Below, piece after piece: positions 20,524 to 30,169 of a DNA stretch of 62,293 bases. A program made the position numbers and the translations under genes. Within the stretch, counting starts at the first letter, position 1; each line of letters starts with the position of its first letter. The stretch is from a virus (taxonomy: Duplodnaviria > Caudoviricetes). Below the pieces are notes generated by a model. It was given only the letters and a program-made list of their open reading frames with translations. It made no database searches and had not been told where the DNA came from. The stretch covers positions 1 to 62,293 of the IMG/VR virus record IMGVR_UViG_3300031726_000004. One strand, 5' to 3'.

Positions 20524-21140
20524 CGCAGCCCTCGCGAGTAGGAACCAAGCTTCATTGCAAAGCGATAGGGTTTGCTGCCCGGTGTCTGACGCTGGCACGC
20601 GGCTTCGAGCCGCACGATTTCATCACTCAAGGTATCGATATCGGGTGTTGCATATTGCACTTCCCGATCAGAAAATCGCACGCGAATGACGCCAGCGCCG
20701 CCGATCAACTGATAGTAAGCCGCCCGCAACGCGGTAGCTGCGGCGCAAGGATCATCATAATCGACCACGGCCGGATCAACGGGCGTGTATCCCGTCAAGC
20801 TCGGCACGTCTGTGACTTCGATCAGTCCAACGGCTTGCGTTGCGACCGTGCCGTCTTTCATCGTAAGGCGCAAGATATCCTGATAGAGACCCTTGACGAT
20901 CGTCGCGGACTTGGCCGCATCGATTTTGATCAACAACAGCCCGTTGACCTGATCAATGATTTCAATGCCGTCATCAAGAGATGCGCTCAACACTTCCGTG
21001 CTATCCGCACCGTTCAATTGCCATTGAACACTTGCGACCATCGATAGATCGATCGCATTGCCGTGCACATCCGAACACGCCGCATTGATGGACCACGTGT
21101 CACCAATGATGAACGTGAATTTCTGATGCACCGCTGTCAT
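20520..21140 (-). CDS. Fusion of Ig-like (BppU-type) domain and gpW-like head-tail joining domain
   Basis: N-terminal GDTW..GLLLIKIDAAKS..GLYQDILR; C-terminal LRAAYYQLIGG..VRFSDREVQY..LSDEIVRLE. Confidence 0.6.
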   Translation of the reverse strand: MTAVHQKFTFIIGDTWSINAACSDVHGNAIDLSMVASVQWQLNGADSTEVLSASLDDGIEIIDQVNGLLLIKIDAAKSATIVKGLYQDILRLTMKDGTVATQAVGLIEVTDVPSLTGYTPVDPAVVDYDDPCAAATALRAAYYQLIGGAGVIRVRFSDREVQYATPDIDTLSDEIVRLEAACQRQTPGSKPYRFAMKLGSYSRGLR

Positions 21141-23722
21141 GAAGACATGCCCCGAATGGAATTGCTCATCACCCGGCCTCGGATAACCGCGTTATCCCTG
21201 CCGCCAACAATCGTCGCACCAGTTTGCGATCCTTTGACCACGCGCGCGAAGCGCAAGTGAAACAAGTGCCCCGCCAATCGGCTTCCCAGCACCTGAAACT
21301 CTGCGGCATCGACAGCGAAGTGATACCGAAAACCAATCTTATAGAAATCGGACGCGCCGCTATCGAGCCGAAACACACGTGATTGAGCGGCTAGCCTAGC
21401 CATATATCTCGCTGATAAGCCAGATGTGCCAGTCACAAACGCGCCCGCGCCAAGGCTCAGTGACAACGCCCTGACTGTCGTATTGCCAGCCACCGAGTAG
21501 TGCGCATGATCACAGACAAGACCACGGCCAACCCGCCAACTCACTGACTGTCCCGTGACACCGCCAGCCCGGCCACCGCCAGATATCACGCGGTGCATGC
21601 CCAACACCGCAACTAATCCAGTGGCCGCTATCACTCCGGTCTGACACACCAGTGAATAGACACTGACCTTGGTCAAAGACACAGGATTGCCGATTAGACC
21701 ATACGATGCGATCGACGCCACCGACGAACGCCTGATAGCGATATTGCCAGCGACCACCGTGAAGCCGCCGTCGTCAAGTGACTTTCGCAATCTGCGAGCC
21801 GTGGCACCACCGAATAGAAGGTATGCACCACCAAAAGCAGCAATGCGATGATGACTTACACCCGCTTGCGGCGAACCAATAAGATCAATCGAGCCGCTGT
21901 CGGCGGCAATGCGCAGATGCGCCACAAGTGGACGCACCCCGCAATGAAATGAAGCCGTCTCACATGACAGGCGCAACGACAGTCGCGTATTCAAGCCAGC
22001 GATGTTGAATGCACCGCACGACGCGACGCGCGATAGCGAACGCGGAATTGACCCACCATTGATCGCGAACGCGCCGACCTCGCTGTGATTGACGTGATTG
22101 CGCGCAATCCTGAAAACGACATCATAGCCAACAACACCAAATGTGCCGCGCGCGGCACAGCAACTCAATCGACGCGACGTTGACGAAACGACAACAGAGA
22201 CATGACCAACCGCTGCTAGCCTGCGCATTGATCGCGCTGCATTCACGCCGTGAAGCGCAATCGCGCCTGTCGAACACGGCATTTTGTATTGCCGCAACGA
22301 AACCGCAACCCCGGTCACGGCGAATGACTGCCCGTCGCAGACTAGACGATTTCGCTTCAGCGTTCCTACACCAACCGCCGCCAACGCAAACGCACCACCC
22401 TCCGCAACCACCTTCAACGCGGGTGCCGCAACGCCATACCAGTTCGAAAACCCGACGGGTGGAGGATAGCTAAACGGGACGGTGCCAGTGTTGATTGTCG
22501 CTGATGCACCAACAGTGTCAGCCAAGAAAAATGGTAGAAACGGCTTTGCAACAACACGAGTAGACCAAGGCACGCCACCAACACCAGTTGCCGGATCGGC
22601 ATTGACATCGTTGTTCCAAAGGCCGCCATCGACTCGAAACCAGAACGTTCGCGAAGCGGCGTCAAGAGCGATATCAACCGTTCCTAGTGATGCGACAGCA
22701 ATCGGCCGCGACGCTATCCCGGTCCATGAAACGAAATAACCAGCGCCGCTATCAATCCAAAATGCTGACCCCGGCGTCAAATTGTCCGGATCATAGTCAG
22801 ACGTCAACCACCGCAAACCACAGATCATTCCGCTTTCGGAATGAAACGACAGAAACCATTTGCCCGTGGCAGGACAGCTATCAACGCCCGAAATGCAGGC
22901 AGGCGCTTCCGTTACAACTACTTTGCGATTGTTGTCCGACAGCGTGCAGTTGCCGCCATTGCCGCTCCAACCTCCCGAAACAGGCGTGAAAATCCGGCTT
23001 AACAAGCGTGCCGACTTCGCGCCATATAACGCCAACGACGCGCCATCACATCGAAGCTGATACCCCTTACCGATCGCAGCGTCACCAGCCTGCAAGCTGA
23101 ATACGCCACCTTGCACGGGCAGACTAGGCGGCGGGGGAGCGTACCAACTTGAAAACCCAACGGGAGGCGGATAGGTGAATGCCTCGGTGCCCGTGTTGAG
23201 CGTGATGAAGTTGCCGTCAGCTTCCAAATATAGAAATGGCAAAAAGAGTGGAGACCCGCTCACCCATGGAGAAAGGTCATAACCTCCAATGCCGGTTGCT
23301 GGGTTAGCTGTAGTAAGCGGTTTCCTATTCCATAGCTTGTTGTCAGCCCGCGCCCAGAACAACTTGGCATCGAGATCGATAGCCAAATCGCAAATGCTGC
23401 CCGCGACCATCGCAGCGCAACCCGGCCCCCCAACTGAAGCACCAGCCCAGCGATAAAGGCCACTGGTTCCGATTTGGATAGCATTATCGGGAGGGTTTTG
23501 ATCGATCGACGCCGACAAGTCAGCGCGCAACAATCCAAACATATTAGCGCCAGTCTGACCGATCGTGAACGAAAGAAAACGCTTCCCGGTTGATTGGCCA
23601 TTCGTTGCAGTGATGGTCATCGGCCACGTGACACACGTTGCCGTTCGATCTCCGTTGGATAGAGCAACCACGCCGGTACGAACGTCGGAGCTATTCCAAC
23701 CGCCGTCTATCGCGCCGGTCAT
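21137..23722 (-). CDS. Putative head fibre: two SPRY/ConA-like domains plus beta-repeat stalk
   Basis: Duplicated LSxxxRT..TGKxFLSF..DxAxDxxxxxFW..PATGxGG..YPPPVGFSxW domain, then ~25-aa G-A/F-L repeats. Confidence 0.55.
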   Translation of the reverse strand: MTGAIDGGWNSSDVRTGVVALSNGDRTATCVTWPMTITATNGQSTGKRFLSFTIGQTGANMFGLLRADLSASIDQNPPDNAIQIGTSGLYRWAGASVGGPGCAAMVAGSICDLAIDLDAKLFWARADNKLWNRKPLTTANPATGIGGYDLSPWVSGSPLFLPFLYLEADGNFITLNTGTEAFTYPPPVGFSSWYAPPPPSLPVQGGVFSLQAGDAAIGKGYQLRCDGASLALYGAKSARLLSRIFTPVSGGWSGNGGNCTLSDNNRKVVVTEAPACISGVDSCPATGKWFLSFHSESGMICGLRWLTSDYDPDNLTPGSAFWIDSGAGYFVSWTGIASRPIAVASLGTVDIALDAASRTFWFRVDGGLWNNDVNADPATGVGGVPWSTRVVAKPFLPFFLADTVGASATINTGTVPFSYPPPVGFSNWYGVAAPALKVVAEGGAFALAAVGVGTLKRNRLVCDGQSFAVTGVAVSLRQYKMPCSTGAIALHGVNAARSMRRLAAVGHVSVVVSSTSRRLSCCAARGTFGVVGYDVVFRIARNHVNHSEVGAFAINGGSIPRSLSRVASCGAFNIAGLNTRLSLRLSCETASFHCGVRPLVAHLRIAADSGSIDLIGSPQAGVSHHRIAAFGGAYLLFGGATARRLRKSLDDGGFTVVAGNIAIRRSSVASIASYGLIGNPVSLTKVSVYSLVCQTGVIAATGLVAVLGMHRVISGGGRAGGVTGQSVSWRVGRGLVCDHAHYSVAGNTTVRALSLSLGAGAFVTGTSGLSARYMARLAAQSRVFRLDSGASDFYKIGFRYHFAVDAAEFQVLGSRLAGHLFHLRFARVVKGSQTGATIVGGRDNAVIRGRVMSNSIRGMSS

Positions 23723-23729
23723 TGGCTAA

Positions 23730-24017
23730 CTACCCGAACCGCGCGCCGACCGCGCCTTGCTCGGCGAGCATGTGAAAGTGTTTGCCTCCTGGCTGTCGCG
23801 TGACCTCACGCGCGCGCGAGCGATAGCCTCTGCACCACATTTGCACAAAGGCCTCCGCTACTTCAGGTGTCATCACGTTTGCGGCGATCTGCTCATGCGC
23901 AGCACCGTTGCCGTGCACGATGTAGAGGTTGCGGCTTTCAGGTTCCCACGCGAAACCGAAATTCAGATCGGGCGCAATCATTCTCAAGACAGCCATGATG
24001 ACCCCCACACGTTTCAA
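23730..24017 (-). CDS. Hypothetical protein
   Basis: Co-oriented, overlapping neighbour. Confidence 0.5.
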   Translation of the reverse strand: MKRVGVIMAVLRMIAPDLNFGFAWEPESRNLYIVHGNGAAHEQIAANVMTPEVAEAFVQMWCRGYRSRAREVTRQPGGKHFHMLAEQGAVGARFG

Positions 24018-24433
24018 CCCAACGTCAACACGCCATTGGCCTGATCAAAGTCGATGGTGAATGTCTCGGTGTTGGCCAACGTAACATCCGAGCCGTATTC
24101 CCACCAACCTATCAAAGGATCGAGAGGTGTGGCCGGCGTGTCGTTGAAAAGCACGACCGTACCGAACGGAGCGACCGCACCCGATGCCGTCAACACCAAG
24201 TCTTGCAGGATCAACTTCGCAATTCCTGCGGTCTGCCCGAATGATGTCAACGTCGGCACGCGCGCCGACAAGTTGGTATAGGCAATCTGTGTGAGGTTGC
24301 CGAGAATGGTGTTAGTGGCAACCGGCTTGTTCGCCGCCGCCGTCAACGCGACAGTGAGCGCACCAGTTGCGAGATTGTGCACACCCTTGCCGACGTCTTC
24401 GACAAACGAATTGATCTTGTTGAATGCAGCCAT
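24014..24433 (-). CDS. Virion structural protein (putative fibre base)
   Basis: MAAFNKINSFVEDV..HNL and LIGWWEYG..TL.NTETFTIDF pattern common in phage structural modules. Confidence 0.55.
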   Translation of the reverse strand: MAAFNKINSFVEDVGKGVHNLATGALTVALTAAANKPVATNTILGNLTQIAYTNLSARVPTLTSFGQTAGIAKLILQDLVLTASGAVAPFGTVVLFNDTPATPLDPLIGWWEYGSDVTLANTETFTIDFDQANGVLTLG

Positions 24434-24452
24434 GGTGATCGTCTCCTAATTG

Positions 24453-26093
24453 TTATGCTTGCGCTTTGTCGCCGTCTTGGCTTCCAGATGAAGCACCACC
24501 GAACCCCGATGGTGGTTTGGGTGGAGGCGGTTCGGGCAAACCCAATTTCTTGCGCATCGCCATTTCGCGCTGGCGCTGCTCATAGATGTCTTCCCAATCC
24601 TCACCCATTTCGGCGCAAATCCATTCGTCAGTTAGCACGCCCATGCCCTTCAGGGTCTCAACGGCGGTAGCGAATTTCTGATCATCGGCTTGCGGTCTTG
24701 CCGGGCCTCGCCAATGCGAGCGCGACGCCGCCGCACGATTGGCGAGATAGCCGGCAACTCCACCGGGGAAAGTAATCCAGCCGTTTTCGATTTCTTCCTC
24801 AAGCCAACTTTCGAAGATCGCTTGCAGGAACGGCGACAGGATGTGAGCGCGACGATAAATCGTCATCATCCACATTTCGGCCCCGGCCATGCGAACGGAC
24901 GAATACGTTGCGCCGCTATAGTCTCCGGTCAGTTGCTCCACAGTGATGCCAAGACAGCGCGCGATCTCGCGTAGCAGGAAGCGCACAAAGGCTTCATAAG
25001 TGTCGTTCGGATGTTGGCTGGCGTTGAAATTCAGTTCGTCACCGGGCGCAAGATGCGCGATCTTGCCATGTGATCCGAGATCGATCTGTGTCGCGTCATA
25101 CCAGCCGGCGCGCATTTCAAGCATGGCTTCCAACGGCGAGCCCGGCACGCCCGTACTTGATGCCGACACCTGTTGCTCGGCCAAATCCTGAAACGCTTGC
25201 AACACCGCCTCAGTAGGTTCGGGCGATTTAATTGTCGCGGCGAAGATCGCTTGAATGAGCGCCGCTGTGAGTGTCGCATCAGCTAGTTGATCGAACTGCT
25301 TGACCACCTTGAGCGCTGGCGTGATCGGCGGTATCCCGCGCAATTGTCCGGGCATGCCGTCGAACACATGAATGATATTCGGTCGTCCAAATCGATCGCG
25401 CGCGGGCACGTCGGTATAGGCACCGAGCGGAAACATGTTGCGCACATAGGGTGCTTGCAACATGCGATAGCCAACCGGGAAGCCATAGGCATCCCTGAAT
25501 ACGCCCTGCACCAAACCGCGATCGATCTCGGTATCTTGCGACAACCGATGCGGCGGCAACATCTGCACCTTGGTGCCGTACTGATTGAACGACCGCTTTA
25601 GATACGGCAGGCCGGCGAGAATTTCACCGTAGCAAAACCACGTTCGCATACCTTGCGCCGTCATCTTGCCGACCGAAGACTTGCCTTCGATATCGCATTC
25701 GAGTGCGTTATCTGCCCAGCCTTCCCAACGTCGTTCAACCGTGCGCGCCCATGCTTGCGCAGTCTCTTGCGTCCAACCGAGCCCTTGCGCATCCGGCCGC
25801 GACGATAGCCGCAGACCCGGCCCCACCGTCATCACCACGGCCTGATCAATGCCACCTGAAACAAAACCAGAATTTTGCACGGTGTCGATCGCACGCGAGG
25901 CGGCAATCACATAAGCCTGTCGCACATCGTCGGAAGCCTCGCGCAAGGCAGGCCGCCACGAATGAAAGAACGGCGAGACATCGCCCTTCATGTAGGTTGC
26001 GCCGATCCGCTTGCGCGGCGCGTCAGCCTTCGCAGGCACCGCGCGGCGCACCGCTTTCTTGACCGGTGCCTTGCGCGATGTCTTTGCGGCCAT
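24453..26093 (-). CDS. Portal protein, lambda family
   Basis: PGQLRGIP, LAPGDEL, EQLTGDYSGATYSSVR. Confidence 0.93.
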   Translation of the reverse strand: MAAKTSRKAPVKKAVRRAVPAKADAPRKRIGATYMKGDVSPFFHSWRPALREASDDVRQAYVIAASRAIDTVQNSGFVSGGIDQAVVMTVGPGLRLSSRPDAQGLGWTQETAQAWARTVERRWEGWADNALECDIEGKSSVGKMTAQGMRTWFCYGEILAGLPYLKRSFNQYGTKVQMLPPHRLSQDTEIDRGLVQGVFRDAYGFPVGYRMLQAPYVRNMFPLGAYTDVPARDRFGRPNIIHVFDGMPGQLRGIPPITPALKVVKQFDQLADATLTAALIQAIFAATIKSPEPTEAVLQAFQDLAEQQVSASSTGVPGSPLEAMLEMRAGWYDATQIDLGSHGKIAHLAPGDELNFNASQHPNDTYEAFVRFLLREIARCLGITVEQLTGDYSGATYSSVRMAGAEMWMMTIYRRAHILSPFLQAIFESWLEEEIENGWITFPGGVAGYLANRAAASRSHWRGPARPQADDQKFATAVETLKGMGVLTDEWICAEMGEDWEDIYEQRQREMAMRKKLGLPEPPPPKPPSGFGGASSGSQDGDKAQA

Positions 26094-26100
26094 CTGATCT

Positions 26101-28134
26101 CTATCTGTTGTTGAACCGCGACGCGAACCCGCTCATGCGTTTGCGCAACTCAGTGTTGGGTGCTGGCACCAATGGCGGTTGAGGCGCTGGCGTTACTTCG
26201 AATGTCTCTGCCTCTGGCACGTCGATGACCTCGGTGAAGTCATCATCGATCCGGCGCTTGGCACCGAGCGGAATTTTTTGCACAGCCAGCATATGCCCGG
26301 CCGCTTCGTTCATCGCCTCGCAATCAAGGTAATGATTGCGCCGCGACACCGCGACCCATACCGGTTTGCCGGTTGGCGACAGCTTGCGGGTTTCGGAAGC
26401 AAGCTGTTTCAGATAATCGTCACTGGCATCGGCCGCTAACAGAAACCCGCCAGCCTGATCTTGTGGCCACGCCAAGCGCTCATGCAGACGTTGTTTCCAG
26501 AAATCAGTATCGAGCCGCACCAATTCCAACTGCACCGGCATGCGTTGACCTGGCACTGTCATCTTTGCCTTGCCGCGCATCACCGGCGCTGACAACGTGC
26601 TGTAGCCTTTGGTTGGCTTGACGAAACGACGGAAGCGCCGCGCGAACTCATAGACGACGTTTGCCGGCCCTTCGTTCGGCTTGTTCACGCGGAAACCCGA
26701 GTCGATCAAGCACAACGCGATATGCAAACCACCATAGGCATCGAGTAACACGCTTGAGAGATCGCCCCACACTTCCGGTTCATTGGTGAAGCCTGCAATT
26801 TCTCCGCTTTCGATCTGCCACGATGACGCGCGCTCGCCCCATCCTCGGATCGAATAAAAGAAACCGTTGCCCTGCACGTCAACCGCCGCAGTGAGCCGCA
26901 ACACTTCGATCGGCACTTCGCCGAACTTGTGCGGCATGCGACGACGCTTGTATGCGCGCCAATCATTCGCGCCGACACCACCCGGTGTGTATAACTCACC
27001 GAACCCGGCATTGATCGCGGTTTGCACCATGGCTTCATCGCCAATGGCAAACGCCTCGACATACGCGCGCACGCGTTCGCCGAACGTGACGAACGGCGAC
27101 GCCAGACCCGACACCCAAAACGAAATCGATGTCGCTTCAACCACGTCACCCGACACCACGCCATCGGGCGCGATGGTCTGACCGGGCGCGACGTAGCGCC
27201 CGCGCTCGTTCATGTCGGCCTTGTGCGCTTCCTCAATCACACCGCCGCAGCGCGGGCATTCCAGATGCGCGGTGTGTTCGGCTTCAATCGGTGTCGCGCC
27301 TTCCGGCCATCGCACGCATTCGAAACGTGGTACGAAATATTCGTCGCAGTGCGGACAAGGCCACGTCCAATGATGTCGCGACCCCTGTTGCCACAACCGC
27401 CAAATCGGGCTTTCGAGATCATCAGCCGGCGCGACATCCCAAAATCGCAAGCCGCTCAATTCATCGGTCACGATCTTGACCATCCCCCGACGACACGTTG
27501 ACGTCACAGCGCAAACGAAATCGGCGTAGGTGTCGCCGCGTCGTTCAACTAAGCCAAGCGGATCACCTTGCCCTTTGATGTTCGCCAACATCTCATCGTA
27601 TTCATCGACCAACGCCAACCCAGCCGGATCGGACTTCAACGCCGCCGATGATCCCGCATGCGCAAGACGAAGCGGGACACCGCCAATCACCTTGCGTGAT
27701 TTGGTCATCCGCTTGCCGCGCTGTACCTTGTTGGCCAACGACGGCGCGGAGTCGAGCAGCGCCATGATGCGCGGCTCTAACTGTTCGGTGATGAACAGTT
27801 GCGTCGGCGCGACAAACAGACACGGCACCGGCTTTTGATCGAGCCGTTGACCAATACAATCAAGCAAGGCTTCCGTTTTTCCCGATTGCGACGCGGTGAC
27901 GATGACAATGCGTTTCGCCGCGCCCGTCGCTATCGCCTTTTCGAACGGGATGACGTAGGGCGTAAGATGAACGTCACGCGGTCCCGGTACCGCCGCGCTC
28001 TGCGGGTAGGTTCGGTTTTGCTCCGCCCAAACCTCCGGTGAAAGCAGCCGCGATGGCTTCAGCAGTAGCGCGACCCTCTCCAACCATTCGCGCGCTCTCG
28101 GTCGCAGCATCGGCAAGGGTGTCGAGTATGTCAT
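26101..28134 (-). CDS. terL: Terminase large subunit (lambda GpA family)
   Basis: ASQSGKTE Walker A, LVDEYD Walker B, CPHC/CPRC, AAVDVQ, IDSG, NHYLDC. Confidence 0.95.
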   Translation of the reverse strand: MTYSTPLPMLRPRAREWLERVALLLKPSRLLSPEVWAEQNRTYPQSAAVPGPRDVHLTPYVIPFEKAIATGAAKRIVIVTASQSGKTEALLDCIGQRLDQKPVPCLFVAPTQLFITEQLEPRIMALLDSAPSLANKVQRGKRMTKSRKVIGGVPLRLAHAGSSAALKSDPAGLALVDEYDEMLANIKGQGDPLGLVERRGDTYADFVCAVTSTCRRGMVKIVTDELSGLRFWDVAPADDLESPIWRLWQQGSRHHWTWPCPHCDEYFVPRFECVRWPEGATPIEAEHTAHLECPRCGGVIEEAHKADMNERGRYVAPGQTIAPDGVVSGDVVEATSISFWVSGLASPFVTFGERVRAYVEAFAIGDEAMVQTAINAGFGELYTPGGVGANDWRAYKRRRMPHKFGEVPIEVLRLTAAVDVQGNGFFYSIRGWGERASSWQIESGEIAGFTNEPEVWGDLSSVLLDAYGGLHIALCLIDSGFRVNKPNEGPANVVYEFARRFRRFVKPTKGYSTLSAPVMRGKAKMTVPGQRMPVQLELVRLDTDFWKQRLHERLAWPQDQAGGFLLAADASDDYLKQLASETRKLSPTGKPVWVAVSRRNHYLDCEAMNEAAGHMLAVQKIPLGAKRRIDDDFTEVIDVPEAETFEVTPAPQPPLVPAPNTELRKRMSGFASRFNNR

Positions 28135-28543
28135 TCACTGCCGTTTCAATTGTTCGCCGCACTTGCAGATCGCGCGTGACGCGCGCCGCAAGCCCGGACA
28201 ATTCAGAACGGACGACGCCGCAAAGCATGTCCGCCATTTCAATGAACTCCGCGAACTCGACTAGACGTCCCTCGCGTTCTGCGATGCGCAATTCGAGATC
28301 GCGCGTCCGCGCGTCACTCACGCGGGTTTGCGCCGCTGATTTGTTGACGCGCCTATCTTCACTGTCACGCCAGCGCAAATAATCGTGCACAACCTGCACT
28401 AGATAATATTTGCCGGACACGTCTTTGCGCAATGCGCCTTGCTGCGTGAGTTTGAGCACCCATTCGCGCGAACACATCAGCAGATGCGCAACCGCGTCCT
28501 GCGAAATCAACGGCCCGTTGTCGTCAAGTGGTTTTTTGGCCAT
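27974..28543 (-). CDS. terS: Terminase small subunit (Nu1-like)
   Basis: N-terminal wHTH (ISQDAVAHLL..SREWV), coiled coil ending EGRLV; overlaps terL. Confidence 0.85.
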   Translation of the reverse strand: MAKKPLDDNGPLISQDAVAHLLMCSREWVLKLTQQGALRKDVSGKYYLVQVVHDYLRWRDSEDRRVNKSAAQTRVSDARTRDLELRIAEREGRLVEFAEFIEMADMLCGVVRSELSGLAARVTRDLQVRRTIETAVNDILDTLADAATESARMVGEGRATAEAIAAAFTGGLGGAKPNLPAERGGTGTA

Positions 28544-28600
28544 CGAGCAAGGCTTCCCCGCGGTCGGTATCCCGGTACATTTTTACAAATATGTTTTGAC

Positions 28601-28636
28601 TAGGGCCTTGCGCCCTAGGGCGCGACGCCCTATCTT
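28601..28636 (+). promoter_or_regulatory. Promoter (TTGCGC-17-TATCTT) with two overlapping palindromic operators TAGGGC-N5-GCCCTA
   Basis: Palindromes at 28601-28617 and 28616-28632 upstream of ardC. Confidence 0.7.
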
Positions 28637-28675
28637 AGTTAGACGGAAGACGGAAACGAAAGAGAACAAAACAAA

Positions 28676-29548
28676 ATGGCACGTGACCTTTACCAGCAAG
28701 TTACAGACAGGATGGTTGCAGCGCTTGAAGCGGGCAACGTTCCTTGGATACGACCCTATAGCGTGTCGGGATCAGCCATTCCGATGAACGCAATCAGCAA
28801 TCGCCCGTACAGCGGCATTAACGTGGTGCTGTTCTGGATTTCGAAAGCGGAAGGTTATGCGACCTCGCGTTACCTGACCTTCAAGCAAGCCAAAGAAGCC
28901 GGCGGGCACGTGCGCAAGGGCGAAAAGGGCATGCCGCTGTATTTCTTCAAGCAACTCGCCATCCAAGACAAGGCAACGGGCGAAGACAAAACGATCCCGA
29001 TGCTTCGCGAATACACCGTGTTCAATGTGGCGCAATGCGACGACCTGCCCGAGCACATCGTCACGGGCAAGACCAGCACCACACCGAAAAATCCCGATGA
29101 TCGCGCGGCGGAAGCCGATGCATTCATCGCCGCGACAGGCGCGGACTTTCGCGAGGGCACGGGCAAGCCTTGCTACATCCCTTCGAAAGACTTCATTGCA
29201 ATGCCGTCGTTCAAGGATTTCCACGCCGCTCCGAACTTCTACAGCGTGGCATTTCATGAACTGGCGCATTGGACAGGCGCGAAGTCACGCCTTGATCGCG
29301 ACTTTTCGGGCCGGTTCGGCACGAAGCAATATGCCGCTGAAGAGTTGGTGGCCGAACTCAGCGCCGCGTTTCTCTGTGCAGAGTTTGGTTTCGACAACGA
29401 ACAGCAGAACGCGGCCTATCTCGCAAGCTGGATTGAACTGCTTAAGGAAGACAAGCGGGCAATCTTCACCGCCGCAAGCAAGGCGCAAGCCGCTGCAAAC
29501 TACCTCCGCGATCTGGCCATCGCGGAACCTGAAGCACTCGCCGCATGA
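28676..29548 (+). CDS. ardC: ArdC-family antirestriction / ssDNA-binding protein with zincin-like domain
   Basis: PWIRP, RPYSGIN, YLTFKQA..GGHVRKGEKG, VFNVAQ, HELAHWTG, YAAEELVAE. Confidence 0.93.
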   Translation: MARDLYQQVTDRMVAALEAGNVPWIRPYSVSGSAIPMNAISNRPYSGINVVLFWISKAEGYATSRYLTFKQAKEAGGHVRKGEKGMPLYFFKQLAIQDKATGEDKTIPMLREYTVFNVAQCDDLPEHIVTGKTSTTPKNPDDRAAEADAFIAATGADFREGTGKPCYIPSKDFIAMPSFKDFHAAPNFYSVAFHELAHWTGAKSRLDRDFSGRFGTKQYAAEELVAELSAAFLCAEFGFDNEQQNAAYLASWIELLKEDKRAIFTAASKAQAAANYLRDLAIAEPEALAA

Positions 29549-29594
29549 TGTTTCGACACTGCACCGCCGCACAAAGGCGGTGCAGCACGAAGCA
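29546..29594 (+). repeat. Conserved hairpin repeat, copy 1
   Basis: 22-bp and 14-bp blocks identical to 30097-30142; folds as a two-part stem. Confidence 0.85.
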
Positions 29595-29610
29595 CCAACC
29601 GTAAGAACAC

Positions 29611-29639
29611 TTGACACCTAGGGCGTAATGCCCTATTTC
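29611..29639 (+). promoter_or_regulatory. Promoter (TTGACA-17-TATTTC) with operator TAGGGC-GTAAT-GCCCTA
   Basis: Same operator and spacing as the ardC promoter; similar A-rich leader (AAACGAAAGA...AAATGGC). Confidence 0.72.
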
Positions 29640-29662
29640 TAAGACAACGAAACGAAAGACGA

Positions 29663-29881
29663 ATGCAAATGGCCACTTGGCACCAGTTAAACGCCCCCGC
29701 TGTTCCGCTGTATCACGCGACGGAATGGACGGTGGTAATCGATCCCCCAAACGAAATGCGCGCGCTCATGACGTTCAAGACGAAGGCCCTTGCCGACGTC
29801 TACAGGCGAAACCTGAAAGCGAATAACCCGCGCATCTATCCGCACAGCTACATCTTGAAACCCGCAAAGGCCACCCGATGA
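29663..29881 (+). CDS. Small hypothetical protein (ardC cassette)
   Basis: Own promoter; ATGA overlap with next gene. Confidence 0.6.
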   Translation: MQMATWHQLNAPAVPLYHATEWTVVIDPPNEMRALMTFKTKALADVYRRNLKANNPRIYPHSYILKPAKATR

Positions 29882-30099
29882 CAGACACCACCACCAACGC
29901 CGCCCCGGTCAAGTTCACTCTGCAACGTGTGCGGCTCAACAGCGGCGGTTATGACAGCGGCGGTTCATATTGGGGCGTGGATGCCCCGCTCTATTGGGCC
30001 ACCGACGAAACCGAAAGCTTCTATTTTCGCGCCGCAGATCGGCAAGCGGCCAAGACGCACATTCGAACCAAGCACCCGACCGCAATGTTCTACCGCTGA
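29878..30099 (+). CDS. Small hypothetical protein (RVRLNSGGYDSGGSYWG)
   Basis: Translationally coupled; followed by hairpin repeat. Confidence 0.65.
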   Translation: MTDTTTNAAPVKFTLQRVRLNSGGYDSGGSYWGVDAPLYWATDETESFYFRAADRQAAKTHIRTKHPTAMFYR

Positions 30100-30142
30100 T
30101 GTTTCGACACTGCACCGCATGCGAGCGATGCAGCACGAAGCA
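30097..30142 (+). repeat. Conserved hairpin repeat, copy 2
   Basis: Matches 29546-29594 with a different loop. Confidence 0.85.
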
Positions 30143-30169
30143 ACAACTTCAAATCAGATTGGGGACGCC

